Assembly (NCBI RefSeq): GCF_022539665.2
Contig: NC_081331.1
Span: 6,200,001-6,264,000 of the forward strand
Length of the DNA: 64,000 nucleotides
Direction: 5' to 3'
Source of the DNA: Daphnia carinata
Lineage: Eukaryota
Made by a program: the position numbers and the translations under genes. The notes beneath the pieces were generated by a model that worked only from the letters and a program-made list of their open reading frames with translations, did not search any database and was not told where the DNA came from. Positions 11,086 to 23,888 of the stretch are shown here, in pieces. The stretch's first letter is position 1. Each line of letters starts with the position of its first letter.

Positions 11086-14000
11086 CTGTATTTATTCCCT
11101 TCCATCAAATAGGATAGCAACAATCTTAAGTTTGTAGGGTCATTTGCCTTCAGTAATATTTATTAAGATTCATATCTTATATCTTGTATGTTGTAATGTT
11201 AAGCCAATTGCTGAGTTTCCTCCGGTTGAATCGTTGTCTTTGCGCGTGTGAGTTTGTGTAACACGTTTGGATTTAAATGCTTATTCATATTACTTGGTTG
11301 TTCAAGAAAGTAAAATGACAGGGCATAACCTGGATACTAATGTTTTGTTTAACCCTGAATTGGAAGTTATAGACTTACGGAGAACATTTTGATTTGTTGT
11401 TGTACTCATTTGAAACGGCTATAGTCGTACTGTGAAAAGTTGTTTGGTGCGTTTTATTTTTCTTTCTTTAATTTTTGTACGCAGAAATAAATTTTGTTTA
11501 TTGCTACATGATTTCTTAATGAAGTTTATTTTTATCGCTGTTAATAAAACGAATTGCCGTTTAGAGAGCTCTTGATCCATCTGGAACTATCATTAGTCAT
11601 TCGTATACAAAAGGACGTTTCTTGCCAATAATTTAAAGAGCATTTTCACTTCATGTTTGACCGCTTGGAAATGGACTGGAGAACAAAAGACCAAAGCAAT
11701 AAGCTTTTGATCTTCTCCTTTTTATTCAGTCGGCTTAAATGGCAGCAAAAAATCAAGAGCTGAGGTCATAGACAGCTGACCCATTTAGAACGTGTATTTA
11801 TCCTTCCAAAAATATGTGACAAGGACAGTTGGGGTCAGGTAAAAATGACCTTTGGCAAAAGACAGGGCTTTGAACTTTCATCAAACAGCCGTTAAATATT
11901 GAACCTCGATGTCAAAAGTTTTTCTCCGCGAAAAGAAAAGTGTCCATGAATTAACCGCAGGTCTATTGTTTGCGGCGCTAACAGCCTACGTATAGCGGTA
12001 AGGAGCTGAGTAAAAATTTCCCACAAAGATGGGATTTGAGTTGAAGACTAAAACTTCGATGGTCACTTGCTTTATAAAACTCAGCACCCTGGAATTAGGT
12101 GGGAAATTCAAACTGTATGAATCCATCACAAAGAAAGACTACGTATTAGATGATATCTAAGTTATGGTTAACACGAAAAAATAAGGTTTCCTGTGGTTCA
12201 CTATTGGTTATGATGCCCACAACCTTCAAACAGAATAACTTAAACTCCTATTTGATTGCTAGGTGAAGCTGTTTTAGATGTTTATTGTTTTATTGACACG
12301 ATTTTTATGGCGGGATTATTGCCCACCATAACTGCGCTAAAAGAATTCTGATATTATTGAAAAAGAAATACGAAAAAAATACCAGATGAGGATGTCCGTC
12401 CAAGATTAAAACCTTGGGATAAATTTCACTGAAAGACTGATGTCATTTCGCCTCAAAAGAGTGTTGTCAGCTGGTCCGAATCAAATTTATTATTATTATT
12501 TATTTATAATTTAGACAAAACCAAAGCTCGATGGATTTACTCCCCATTGTAAGATCTTTAATAACACCAACATTTGCTGAAAAGAAAAATCCAGATAAAA
12601 AAATCAAAAGCCATTTACAAAAATGAAAGACCATCTGTGCTTAAAAAATCCTTTCGCAAAACATCTTCACATTTTTATTTTAGCAAAATAGATGATTCAG
12701 CGCTTTATCCATTTGAGAGCGATATTTGGTCGAAGGTTGTGGGACAACAAAATGCTTAGAAAAGGACGTCACAATAACTATTAGCGCGTAGACTAATGTT
12801 TCGTATACGCAGCAGGATATCAAGAGGAAGTGTGTCCTCTTCGAAATCAAGGCCATGACCTGAAAATATTTTTTCGTTTGATGCGTAATGTCGGTTGGTA
12901 CTCTTGCACTCATCGAACGGGAAACGCTGAGTCCGTCCTCAAGGGCGGTGTCACTCATTCCATGAATAGGCGTCTGTTGATGTCATTTTATTTTTCTTAA
13001 CGTATGTTCAGGGGAAATTCCAAACAAATTTTGGGTGTCGTGAATAGAATAATCGGAAGAAAAAAGCAGAAAGGTTTGCGCTTTGCTTGTTAACCCACAA
13101 CTCGCGATTGAATGCAGTTCGGTCACATTCAAAGAAAGTGAAATTTTCGTTGACTTGAGGTACCATGAAGTAAAAATTAAAAAGAAATTTCAATCTAGAA
13201 TGTATGTCAGAGCTTTACGTAACATTCGCACCACTTTCTTTTTTTTTTTTGTTAGGTTTTTTTCAACAGGTAACGGTACTGAAAACGGAGATTGGGCAAT
13301 CGCACGCAGCCAACTTTCGTAGCAGAACTAGCAAAATATTGCCAAAATAGCTGAAAATCATGAATGGCAGGTGGTTAAATCCAATGACCTGCAATTCACT
13401 GATCAGATCAAGTCCCATTTGCATTACGATTGTTGGCATTAACCAGCAAAGGAAAGCAAGCGGCAATTAAAGAAGGAAAATTCTCAACAACTCTGTCCCT
13501 ACAAATCTATATGTCTGATTCAAACCCGAAAGTATAGTCTATGAAAATTAATGTTTCGATGGTGGCTCATTTGTTTCCCCTCGCAAACTGGTGATGCATT
13601 TAGTCGCTGTTGCGCCATACGGATGGTGATGGGTTTTCCCCCCAAAGTGTTAATAGCCATCGTAGGTGGTTGGAGGGCAGCCACTTCTTTCTTTTTGTGG
13701 TACCTGTCGACACGGGAGCAGGTTTTTAAATCTTGAACCTCAACTGGGTTACTGCCACTCCAAGAGAAATGATAGTCTTTTTCTTTCAAAAATATTCTTC
13801 AGTGGAGTAAATGCCGTATAAGTAGTTAATAGCAATACAGAAGATGTCATTATTTAAAGAAAAAGAAATTGAAAATAACCTTGGCAGTTCTTTAAAATTA
13901 GTGTCTAAAATTAGTAAGCATACAGAAAAACAAAAGGAGCGGTGGTTGTGCTTTAGTGATTGCATAAAAGGTTATAGCGCAGCGTAGAAAGTGAAACACA

Positions 14001-14355
14001 AAATAGCTAAACTAGTTTTTTTCATAAAAGAAAGAAAAATTCTATACTAAAGTAAAACTCCAGTTTTGAAGGAACCATTGCTCACAATTTAGCCACGTAA
14101 TCCACATAAACTACAGACAGCAAGAACCAGGAGGAGATTGATCATCTCGGTCTGGCTATTGATGTCCCTCTAGGTCTTACACACAGCCAAAAAAGCACGG
14201 ACGAGAAATTTTTGTCCTAAACAACGTACCAACAAACATATGGGGTAATATGTAAGCGTATATGGGGCATGTAAGCCGACGGGCAGGGATAGCGAGTGCT
14301 TTGCAAAATAATATGGACTAAATATTAAAAAATATATATATATATATTTAAATAG

Positions 14356-14420
14356 CATGACTACAAAGATTCGAACCTGTGAAATCAGCACGGCAGCACT
14401 GAACTATACCACAGCGCCCT
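14356..14420 (-). other. Degenerate tRNA-like sequence (A-box-like plus B box)
   Basis: The minus strand reads GGGCGCTGTGGTATAG...GGTTCGAATC (B box at 14368-14377). It is shorter than a full tRNA and has no intact cloverleaf. Confidence 0.4.
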
Positions 14421-14500
14421 ATTTCAATCACTTCATACATCTGTAAGATACCTATTTGAACGAGGGACACCCGAAATTAAATTTGGGATGTGCGGAATGT

Positions 14501-14570
14501 GCGGTCCTGGCACAATGGTTAACGCCCTCGCTTTATATTCTGTAGTCCCGGGTTCAAATCCCGCCACCTC
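14501..14570 (+). other. tRNA-like pseudogene or SINE-type head
   Basis: A box TGGCACAATGG at 14508-14518 and T-arm CGGG-TTCAAAT-CCCG at 14549-14563, with tRNA-like spacing. The anticodon and acceptor stems pair poorly, so it is not called a functional tRNA. Confidence 0.55.
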
Positions 14571-17500
14571 GAATTTCCAAGCCCTCACTTCCCACCACCC
14601 TCTCCTCCCTCCCACCGTCAAGTTCCTACATTTGCGAGTTTGAATCATTGGTGTGATACAACTTCCTGCAGCCAAATCGTGCGAACCGAAAGAAACTCTA
14701 TAAAGCGTACTAGTTATGACACATTTTCTGGTACGTCAGCAGTGGACCTGCTCAATCTGGTCAATTTTTTTTTAAGCCTGAACATTAACAGTGCAAATTT
14801 CTTTTGCTTTACTCCCTTTATGGCACCATGAAAATAGGTTTCTTATGAATATGTGACGATAACCTTGTCACATTCTTATGTACGAAACCCTGATGGTCAA
14901 TTCATTTTGAAATCGGCCATCAACATGCGTCCATTTTCTGTGGCTGATTATTTCTCGAGGCCGAAGAAGACATTTGATACGATAGCAAATAAAAACTACA
15001 GAGCCTCATTCCTCCTTTTTTAATGAAAATTCGTATATCCTGATTACGCTGTCGTCATTCGATCCTGATGGACAAAAGCCTGATCATCCGGCACGGAATG
15101 AGGATGACCATTATAGAAGCACGTTTCCCACAATCTCTGCGTGAGTCACGTGTTATCAACTATATGCCACCCTGAATTCTCGTATACCGTAAAAAAAAAA
15201 CGTCTCTACGCACTTTTATTTTCTATTTTTTTACCTGCTCAAGGTTCTAGTTGGGAGCGTGATGTAACACATTTCGTTATCAGGTTGAAAACTTGGCTTC
15301 TCAAATTGTCCAGCCAGTTTGATTCACTCGTCGAACAAACGCAGTCTACGCCGTTGTGTCCGCTGTACAGAACGACGATTGAATGTTAAAAAACTGGTTA
15401 GGCCTCAGAGTTCAATGCAGTACGTAATGACATGTGTCGGTAGGAAAGCACGAGAGAGCGAAACGGAGGAGTACAAAACAAAAAACTAGATAGCTGTGGG
15501 GTGTGCGATAAAGAGAGCCAGAGTACAAGTGCGCAACGACTGGTGATGTTGGGACTTCATTCGACAGTCACATGTTCATCCTACCGGTTGTGGGGGTTTT
15601 CGTTTCGACTGAACCGGTCGTGTTGTGTGTTTCGTACATGTAAGCAGACGTGCTCCACAATATTGCCTTTTAAAAGCTAGAACAGCAACAGCAATATTTG
15701 GACAATGCAGTGTGACTAAAAATTAATGTAAAAGTTCTGCTAGTCAACAGTCAAACAACAAGCTACATAGACGTTTCTCAGTATTGTGCCGGTGAGGATT
15801 AAATCGATCTTATGTGGTGAATTGAAAGTTTGTTTGTGAATCTTATTTTGATACATAACCTTCGGACGGTGTGTTGCTTATGTAACATAAAAAATCGGAC
15901 AAACTTTCTAAAAAGAAATACAGCGTTCATTGTAAGTGAGCTTTCCAATATAACTCCACAGACTGTATTTTTAGTATTTCACTGACATCCAAAATCAACA
16001 GTTGGAAGCAAAATGTGCGTGATGTAACCGTTTTTCCGTTCCTTTTTGAAAATCTTCATTCACAGGAAAGGGACAAAAGGACGAGAGTGGGGAATGAAAA
16101 CCGAGGCAGACTGGAAGTACTCGCCCGTCCTTTTATATCGGCCGGAAATTCATCCGTATGATTTTCCCAGGATGAAGCCAAGTTTCCCGAAAACGAGAAG
16201 AGCACTTCAGGGGGAGGATTATCTTGTCAGCACGCCAATATTATACTGCTTGCTGATTGGTAAGAAAATTGCAATTGATTTTTCTTCTTTCGGAGCAATA
16301 ACGTCTAAGACGAGTTGATCACGTACGTTCAACCTTTGTATGTTACCTGACATGCATTCATACTGAGATTGGCTTGTAATCATTTAGTGTCAAGGTTATG
16401 CTTTATCCGTTCCTCTGCTTCGACTTTGTTTGTTGTTTTAAACTACTTTTGAATTGGTGTACTGAGTACGTTTTGAATTAATGTTAAGATAAGTAAGACA
16501 GATGTAGTACAGGCTTATGACCGAAAATGTGTTTTTTTAAGGAGTCAAAGTGCATTGAAGATCTCATTATCGTATGACATAACAAAAGCGATAAGTCTAT
16601 TCGGCTCTAATCACATCACGTTAGCTTGTGCGCTGATAAGTAATATAGGTGAACTTCGTTCCAGGACGTGAATGAAGGTGCGGTATTGATTTAGATTGAC
16701 GACGCCAAAGTCTTTGCTTTAAATTTTGCGCAAAACCTTAGTAAATTGATATTCATGAAACTTCCATAGCATTAGGAGCCGTAGGTATCAACAGTTTTTA
16801 ATATTTTTTTTTTGCCAAACATGCGGGGATTACCAGTCGGCAAGCGAGAAAAGTTTCACTTTCGTTTTGTGGTAATTGTGTTTTTTGAAGAATTTTCACG
16901 AAAAAGTACTCCCAACGTTTAAAAACTTGCTCGCTAGATGGCAATAGGTAAACAGTGCCGCGTATTTGATTTAAGCTGGCGTAACGTGCTTAGTAAAAAG
17001 CGTTAACAATTTCGAGCATACCGTTATTATTCAATACGACTGTTGTCAAGGTGTTCGATCAAAGCATTTGTCTATCCTGATATCTATCCGTCATTCCTTC
17101 TGTCTTGACATCTCAATTTGATGATGCGCCTTTGTTACGCGACAAGAGAAAGCAAGAGAAAATGAATGAAAGAGACAATTGAACGACAGAACTACCTTCT
17201 ACACTATCCTGTTGAAATTGTTGGACTGTGCAAGCTTGATTTTGAACAATTATTTTCCATTATTGCTTAATTTAGGCAATCGAAATTGACTTTCACGTCA
17301 GCAGGTTTCTTACTTAGTCGTGAGTTCAACTCTCATTAGTGCCACCCTAATTTTTTAGTCAAGAAATTCATAGCAAGTCAACTGATATAAACTTGACTTT
17401 TCAACATCTTTTGTTTTAAATTTTATCGCTTTTTTTTTGGCCTAAAATCTGGTTGCTTTCGTTCCATGTGTAAAAACTTAACGGTAATTCAATACGTTGG

Positions 17501-18609
17501 AAATAATCAAAGTTAAAACCGAAAAAAAACTGTTGTAAATCTCATTATTTTTGAAATTTACGGTGGGCAAGGCGCGGTTTGAAAGTGAGTTCATCTTGAA
17601 GGAGAGCGTAGGGAGGGCGTTCTTATGGCGTTGGGTTCGTTTCCCTTTTTTCTGATTTTCCTGGGCAAAGAGCGCGCACAGGTGAGCGTCAGACCCTACC
17701 ATTTCATTGTTGGCCTCGGGGCGTCTTTTGCGGCTCAGGTGAGTTCAAGGTTTTTCAAAACCGTTTGGTCTTTCGAGAATAAAGAAGACGAAGAAGTGGA
17801 AGAAGGGGGAAAAGTCTGATGAGAAGACGTAAACCATTAAAACTGCCGCGCCTCTTTCTCAGTAACGTCCACCAAACATGAAAATCGAACCCCAATGATT
17901 AGATTTTTCCCCGTAGACATTAACTTCCTCGACGTAACAAAGCGTTGGTGTTAAAGTAGCTCTGAAAGTCGAAACAGAAGATCCACAATTGAGACGACAA
18001 AGTTGACTTGAAATGGAGATTTTGACAGTAAAATTTGTCGCCTAGTCACTTAATTATTTGGCCGCATCCCTTGAACTGTGAATGCTTTCCTCGTCCAACG
18101 CCCGATAGAAATCTTGGGTCCATTTTTTATTTGTTTGTGGATGTCGAGGCGAAAATGTAACCTTGAGTCCCTGCTAACCCAAACGATTTCCCAAAAACAT
18201 GAAAAACTGACCAGAAAACATTAGCTTTTTCTTATGTTAGAAAAATACAACCCACCCCTCCACTGCGTGCCCCCCAATTTCTTTTTTTTCTATTCTTCTC
18301 TGCTGTGCGGTGGCGCTGTCAGTCGCTCACGGACTCGAGGGGGAGAGTGTATCGAAGGCATATTCTAACCTACCGGCAGTCGGTAGCTGAGGGTTCCAAC
18401 GGTCGGTCGGGCGCTTAACTCGACTTTCTTGTCAAATCAATTCGTCTCCCTCTTTTTTTTTGTGTTTTATCTCGTCTTTTTTTCGTTCTTGTTTTGTGTG
18501 TTCGTGTGTGTCGGTGAACTTTGTGTGTCTGTCCAAGTGTCTCGATTTCGGATTCAACAGACGTCTCGATTAATTAATAGTAAGAAAGATAAAAACGTGC
18601 GGCTTCAAC

Positions 18610-21600
18610 ATGCGGCGAGCCATCTGCAGTGGTAAGAGCTTCGATTTGCGATAGCAAACAGTATATCGTCCATTTGACATAAATATCGAATTCAGTCTCG
18701 AGTTGGGATGGAAGTTGATCATTCTCAAATCCTGCTGCGTTGACTGCTGCAACGATTACGTCTCAAAAACCCATATCCAATTACGGCGTTTCCAAATGGT
18801 TTATCAATCCGCATTTTTTGCTATTGCTTTCAGGAATCCTTGCTGTAAGCGCCATCCTGCTTATCGTGATGGGAATTTTGGTGACCATGTTCTTTTCCCA
18901 GATCATCGACAATATTATTTACAAGGTAAACTTTTAACCACATTTGTAATCAGCTGTTTGACGGTCGTCTGCTATGGCACTCTCGCTCGGTGTTTTACTA
19001 TCTCCATCGACGAAATGGCCAGCATTTGTCTTTTGTTTTCTGATGTCACGGTCCTTTCGTTTTCTTCGAAGTACAAAAGAGTCTCAGAGAGGCAAGAGGA
19101 GATGCCAAAGAGAAAATAGGTCAACAACTGAGGGAGACTGCCTAACTTTCACTCTTAAAAAAAGCCAAGGGGAGAAGCTGGAGAAAAACTTTCTCTGTTT
19201 TGGGTGCGACCTTATCATGTTATCGGTCTCAAATCGTAGTTCCAACGAGTTTTCTTAAAGTCTTTTCAAATCTCTGGCGGATAATCTCTTAGTGGAATTT
19301 CCTGTTGAACTGGTTAACAATAATTACGTGGAATCAAATCATTGGAAACACGACAAGCGTTGACCTCAATGAGACTTTCCCTTTTTTTCATATGCAATAC
19401 TAAAAATGTCATCGTCATGATTGTTTTCTTTTTTTTTTCTTTAACAGGAGCTGGTCTTGAAAGTCGGGGGCGAGACATACGAAATGTGGCGCAAGCCGCC
19501 CGTCGAGCCACAGATGAAGGTTTACTTCTTCAACGTTACCAATCCGAGGGATTTCCTTCAAGGCGAAAAGCCTGTCTTCCGCGAAATTGGACCCTATGTC
19601 TACAGGTAAGCAAATTAAGCCTCTTTTATTTACTCAGTTCCCTCGCTCACTTTCCGTAAAAACAAAAACAGCTGTTGGATGGGTGGGTTTCATCACCTTG
19701 TACTACAATAACTGTTCCAAGGTCCTTGTTTCGTTCTCCCTGGTGGTTTGTAATTTAAAGCGACAAAATTTCTCGTCGGAGAAAACCTTATACCAAGTAA
19801 TATTAGTACGAAAATCCAGACGAAGTGTTGAATGTTGACGTTACGCACGGAGGATGACGTGCCGTCCAGGTGTGTTTTGTGGGCGTACAGTTTGCACACA
19901 TTTGAGTACGGGGAAATTTTGTGTTGTGACGTCAAGGGCCATTTCGCCACAACTCCTTTTTAAATAGTTGAACCTGAAATTGACGGGGTTTTTCCCTTTG
20001 TTTTTTGCAGTGAAAAATGGGAGAAGGTTAATTTCACGTGGCATCCAAACGGAACCGTTTCTTACCAGCCGACCAAAAAGTTCTTTTTTAACCGGGAGCA
20101 GTCCTACGGCGACGAGTCTGATTTAGTGCAGTCACTCAACATTCCACTCATCGTACGTTCTCTCTCTTTTTCCCACATTTAATATCCTTTTTCAAAAAAT
20201 TTAATTTATTTTCTTTTCTTAAAAAAACCTTTCGTTTATCGCCGTGCCTTTGTGGTGCCAGTCTGCAGCGGATCAGATGAAGTACGCCGTTAAGTTGACT
20301 CGCCTAGCTCTCGGCTCCATGCTAGGCGTCCTCAATCAGGAGACCTTCACCGTCCGCTCCGTTCGGGATCTCATGTGGGGATACAACGACAGCCTCTTCA
20401 AGTTGGCCAAGGATGTGATGCCGCCCGAGAACGTCGTGCCCCACGATCTATTTGGCCTCTTTGTTGGTGTATGTTTACACATTATCATCAACATACATTT
20501 TGTTTTTAAAGAGACAAACGGTTGATGACAAGTGGTACGTTATTTTCTACTACAGAAAAATGGTTCAGCGGCTGACGGAGTTTTCACGATTTCTACTGGC
20601 GCCAAGTCGATGGCCAACTACGCCGCTATTGATAATTGGAACGGAATAACCAAGTTGCCGTTTTGGCAAGCGGACAATTGTAACCGTATCGTCGGTACTG
20701 ATGGAACGGCGTATCCGCCAGACTTGACACCCAACACCACCATCCACATGTTCAATCCCGAATTGTGCCGCAGCCTACCACTCGTCTATTACAAGGACGT
20801 CGTTCACAACGGAGTCGCTGGTCAGTTACGTTTTCTTTCTCAACCGCGTCATTTAAAAGAAAAGAAACACGAATGAACAATTTTTTAAGCGTCATGCTTG
20901 GTTGCGTTGGTTTTTTTTTTCTTTCGACATCTCATTTGTTTGTAACCTCCCAAGGTTACCGTTTCGGACCTCCAACCAACACATTGGACACGCCGGCCAC
21001 AAATCCCGATAACGCTTGTTTTTGTCCACCTGGCACGATGGAACGTGATGGTAATTGCGGTACTCGAGGGCTATTCAACATAAGCTCGTGCAAATTCGGC
21101 GCCCCCATGGCAATTTCCTGGCCCCATTTCCTTCACGGAGATCCGAAACTCCTTGAAGATGTAGAAGGATTATCTCCCGATCCAAACCGCCACGGCTTTT
21201 TCATAGACTTTCAGCCGGTATGTTTTTTTTTCTGTGAAAATTTCTTGGCTTATTTTTTCTACAACTGATTTTTGTTTTTGTCTTGCCAATTTTTTCTAAA
21301 GAAATTGACTATCGCCATGATGGCCAAAGCCCGGATGCAGATTAATCTCATGCTATCAAAGGTAGACGACATCAAACAGGTGGTTGGACTTCGTGAAATG
21401 GCATTCCCGCTCTTTTGGTTCGAAACTGTAAGTGTAAAATTTCAACAACATTTTCTATGGAGGCTTCTTTTTTTTTTCAACCAATTTTTATTTTTAATAG
21501 GGAATCGATAAATTACCGGAAGAAGTGAATCAGAAACTAAAGTTGGTGGCCGAGATGCCGGAGGCGGCCCGAGCGGGAATCTCTTACTCAATGTTCGGTT

Positions 21601-21785
21601 TGGGCGGTATCCTGCTCTTCTGTGTGGCTTTAATGATCTGGAAGCGGATGAAGAGCAAATCTTATGGATCGGGAGGTATGAGCAATGCCGACGTCGAGTT
21701 TGAGAAACGAACGGATGGCGTCACTGTTCACAAGACCAACGGTAAAAGTCGGTCAGCCGAAGAGTCTTCTGATCTCCCCCGATAA
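18610..21785 (+). CDS. Class B scavenger receptor, CD36 family (SR-B1/emp-like)
   Basis: Exons 18610-18631 and 18834-18925 encode an N-terminal TM. Then WRKPPVEPQMKVYFFNVTNP...EKPVFREIGPYVY, VRDLMWGY, CNRIVGTDGTAYPP...ELCRSLPL, CFC...GLFNISSCKFGAPMAISWPHFLHGDP, ARMQIN, FPLFWFE and a C-terminal TM. Stop at 21783-21785. Confidence 0.94.
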
Positions 21786-23888
21786 GTCTCCTTCCCGGTC
21801 GATGTTGTATTTAATTCACTCCATTTTTTTTGTTTTGTTCATTCAGTTTCATTCATTTTTTCTCGCTCATCTAGGCTTTTCTTTTGGTTTGTTTTAATTT
21901 GTCTTCCTTTCATCTTTGTTCTATTGCGTGTGTGCGTGTTGTACGTGGTGCCAAACGATTGCGGGAGGCGTGTGTTTCGATTGTGACATTGGCGAATCAT
22001 GTTTCTTCTGCTGTTTTCCCTTCTCACTGGATCAAATATTCATCACCATGTATCATATACTATATAGAATGGAAATATCCCGCTCACTATTTCTTATTTT
22101 TTTTTGTTGCTCCCACTTGTTTGTTTCTGTGGTTTTACGACTCCCGTGTCTATCTTGTAGAGATTATCAACCTATTGTATCTCCGCATGACAACATTCCT
22201 CACAATTCGTTTTAGGGACTCTCCAAAAAATAATCATAATTTGTGTTTTTTTCATTTCCCTACCATTTTTTTTGTTGAGAATTCTTTTGCGCTCAAACAT
22301 TGCGTGCCTTTCAATTTTGTTTTGTCAGTCTCGTGTTTTTTTTTTGTAGCTATAATCGTTCTTCTTTTCTTTTGTGACACGGCTCTCATACATATCTCGT
22401 GAATTTTGATGCGGATGAAATTCTAATGATTTCCCCCTCCCATGGACCCATGTTTAGATGTTCGTGAATGAGCAGATGTTGACAAGTGTTCCAACCGTTT
22501 CCTTTTTTTAAAAATGAAAATAAAACAAATAATTAAAAGAAATTGCTAAAGTTATTTTCTTTTTATGCAGTAGAACGTTTCGCTTTCACTTTTTTGCGTT
22601 GTTTGCAACTGTCACGATTGACGTGCCACCTTGGCTCTTCATTGGTTTTTTCTTTCTGTAGAAATGTTGAGACCAACTATCCAACGCTTAAGGTTACCAA
22701 CCGTGCGGATCCGAATCAGCAACGTGATCCGAATTTATTTCTCTCTTTTGATGATAGCATATGAGAAAGCGTGAATCATTAACAAAGTATGATGAAATCG
22801 TTTTATTTGTGCTTCTTATTAACTTAGAAAAATTGATTCATTGTGAAAACTATAGAAAATTCACCACAAGCTTTCCTGTTACAGCTGAAAAAAAACACAC
22901 CGGTCGTTTTGGGACCGAGATATTTGAATGACGCAACGACCGAACTTGTCGGCAGGATGTGGAAGACGCGTAAACGAACCCTTTTCTCCCGAAGGGTTTT
23001 CTAGCAAAGAAAATTACGTACACAGGCATTAGTTGTTCCGGTTCAATGACGAACCGCGTTTCCGGGCTGCTTCATCGCCAATGGCCCGCACTCATAATTC
23101 GTTTCGCCAGCACTGCGGGCGGTGCTTCATATTGCAATTCAGTCGTGACACGGGAGCGAATGAAAGTGAAATGTGTGACTCATATGTTGTCAATACCAGC
23201 ACGAGGCAGACAAAATTGCAGCAATTACGCAAATAGTAGAAAAAGAAAAAATACTCGTGTGGTATAAGTACGAGGCCTTGAAAAAGAACCACAAATTACA
23301 CGACCAAAATATTATGTATAAGGTTGTCCTTTATCACAAAACTTTATTGAAAAGAATAAGCGCATTGTCATTAGGTTTGAACAGATTAGAGTTTAATGAA
23401 AAGGGTTTCTGTTGTAGAGGGAAATTTAAGATAACGTGTTATTGCAATCTGTACAACAAGGATGTTTTGATTGCAATTCAATTACGTAGCGTGAGTTGCA
23501 TTTTCGTGTTTTAGATGTACTGCATGACCCGACTGTTTTCATGTTTGCTATTTTTTTTTTTTGCTAACATGTTAGACACTTTTTAGATAAATTGAAGTGT
23601 AGGATTTCATTTTGCAGCCCAAATAAAATTATGTTAAAAAATAGCCAAGTGTGTCATCAGAAAAAATCCCGCACAAAAGAGTGTTATCTAATGATGGATG
23701 ATACAGGGCATTCGCTAACATAAAATATAGTTCAAATTCATCAAGTCGAAATTTATTTGCATAAATTTTACGTAAGAATTAGATAGAAAAAAATTTCCAT
23801 ATTGTTGACGCATGGGGGGATTTTTTTCTATAATCTTAAGTAACAAATTGGCTCATAGTAGGGGATGACGTAATGAATATGCGGGTAG

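Noticed and set aside
14501..14570. Functional tRNA gene
   Set aside because: The anticodon and acceptor stems do not pair properly. It is kept only as a tRNA-like sequence.
15700..17745. Possible alternative first exons of the scavenger receptor (donors near 15791, 17681, 17738)
   Set aside because: The donors are plausible, but I could not establish a convincing exon chain without transcript data.
21884..22402. 172-aa hydrophobic ORF after the scavenger receptor
   Set aside because: T-rich 3' UTR sequence that translates to Phe/Leu-rich peptide; no domain support.
22977..23004. Small hairpin followed by CTAG, like a Helitron 3' end
   Set aside because: The hairpin is only 2 nt from CTAG, is not followed by T, and has no matching 5' end or Rep/helicase remnant.
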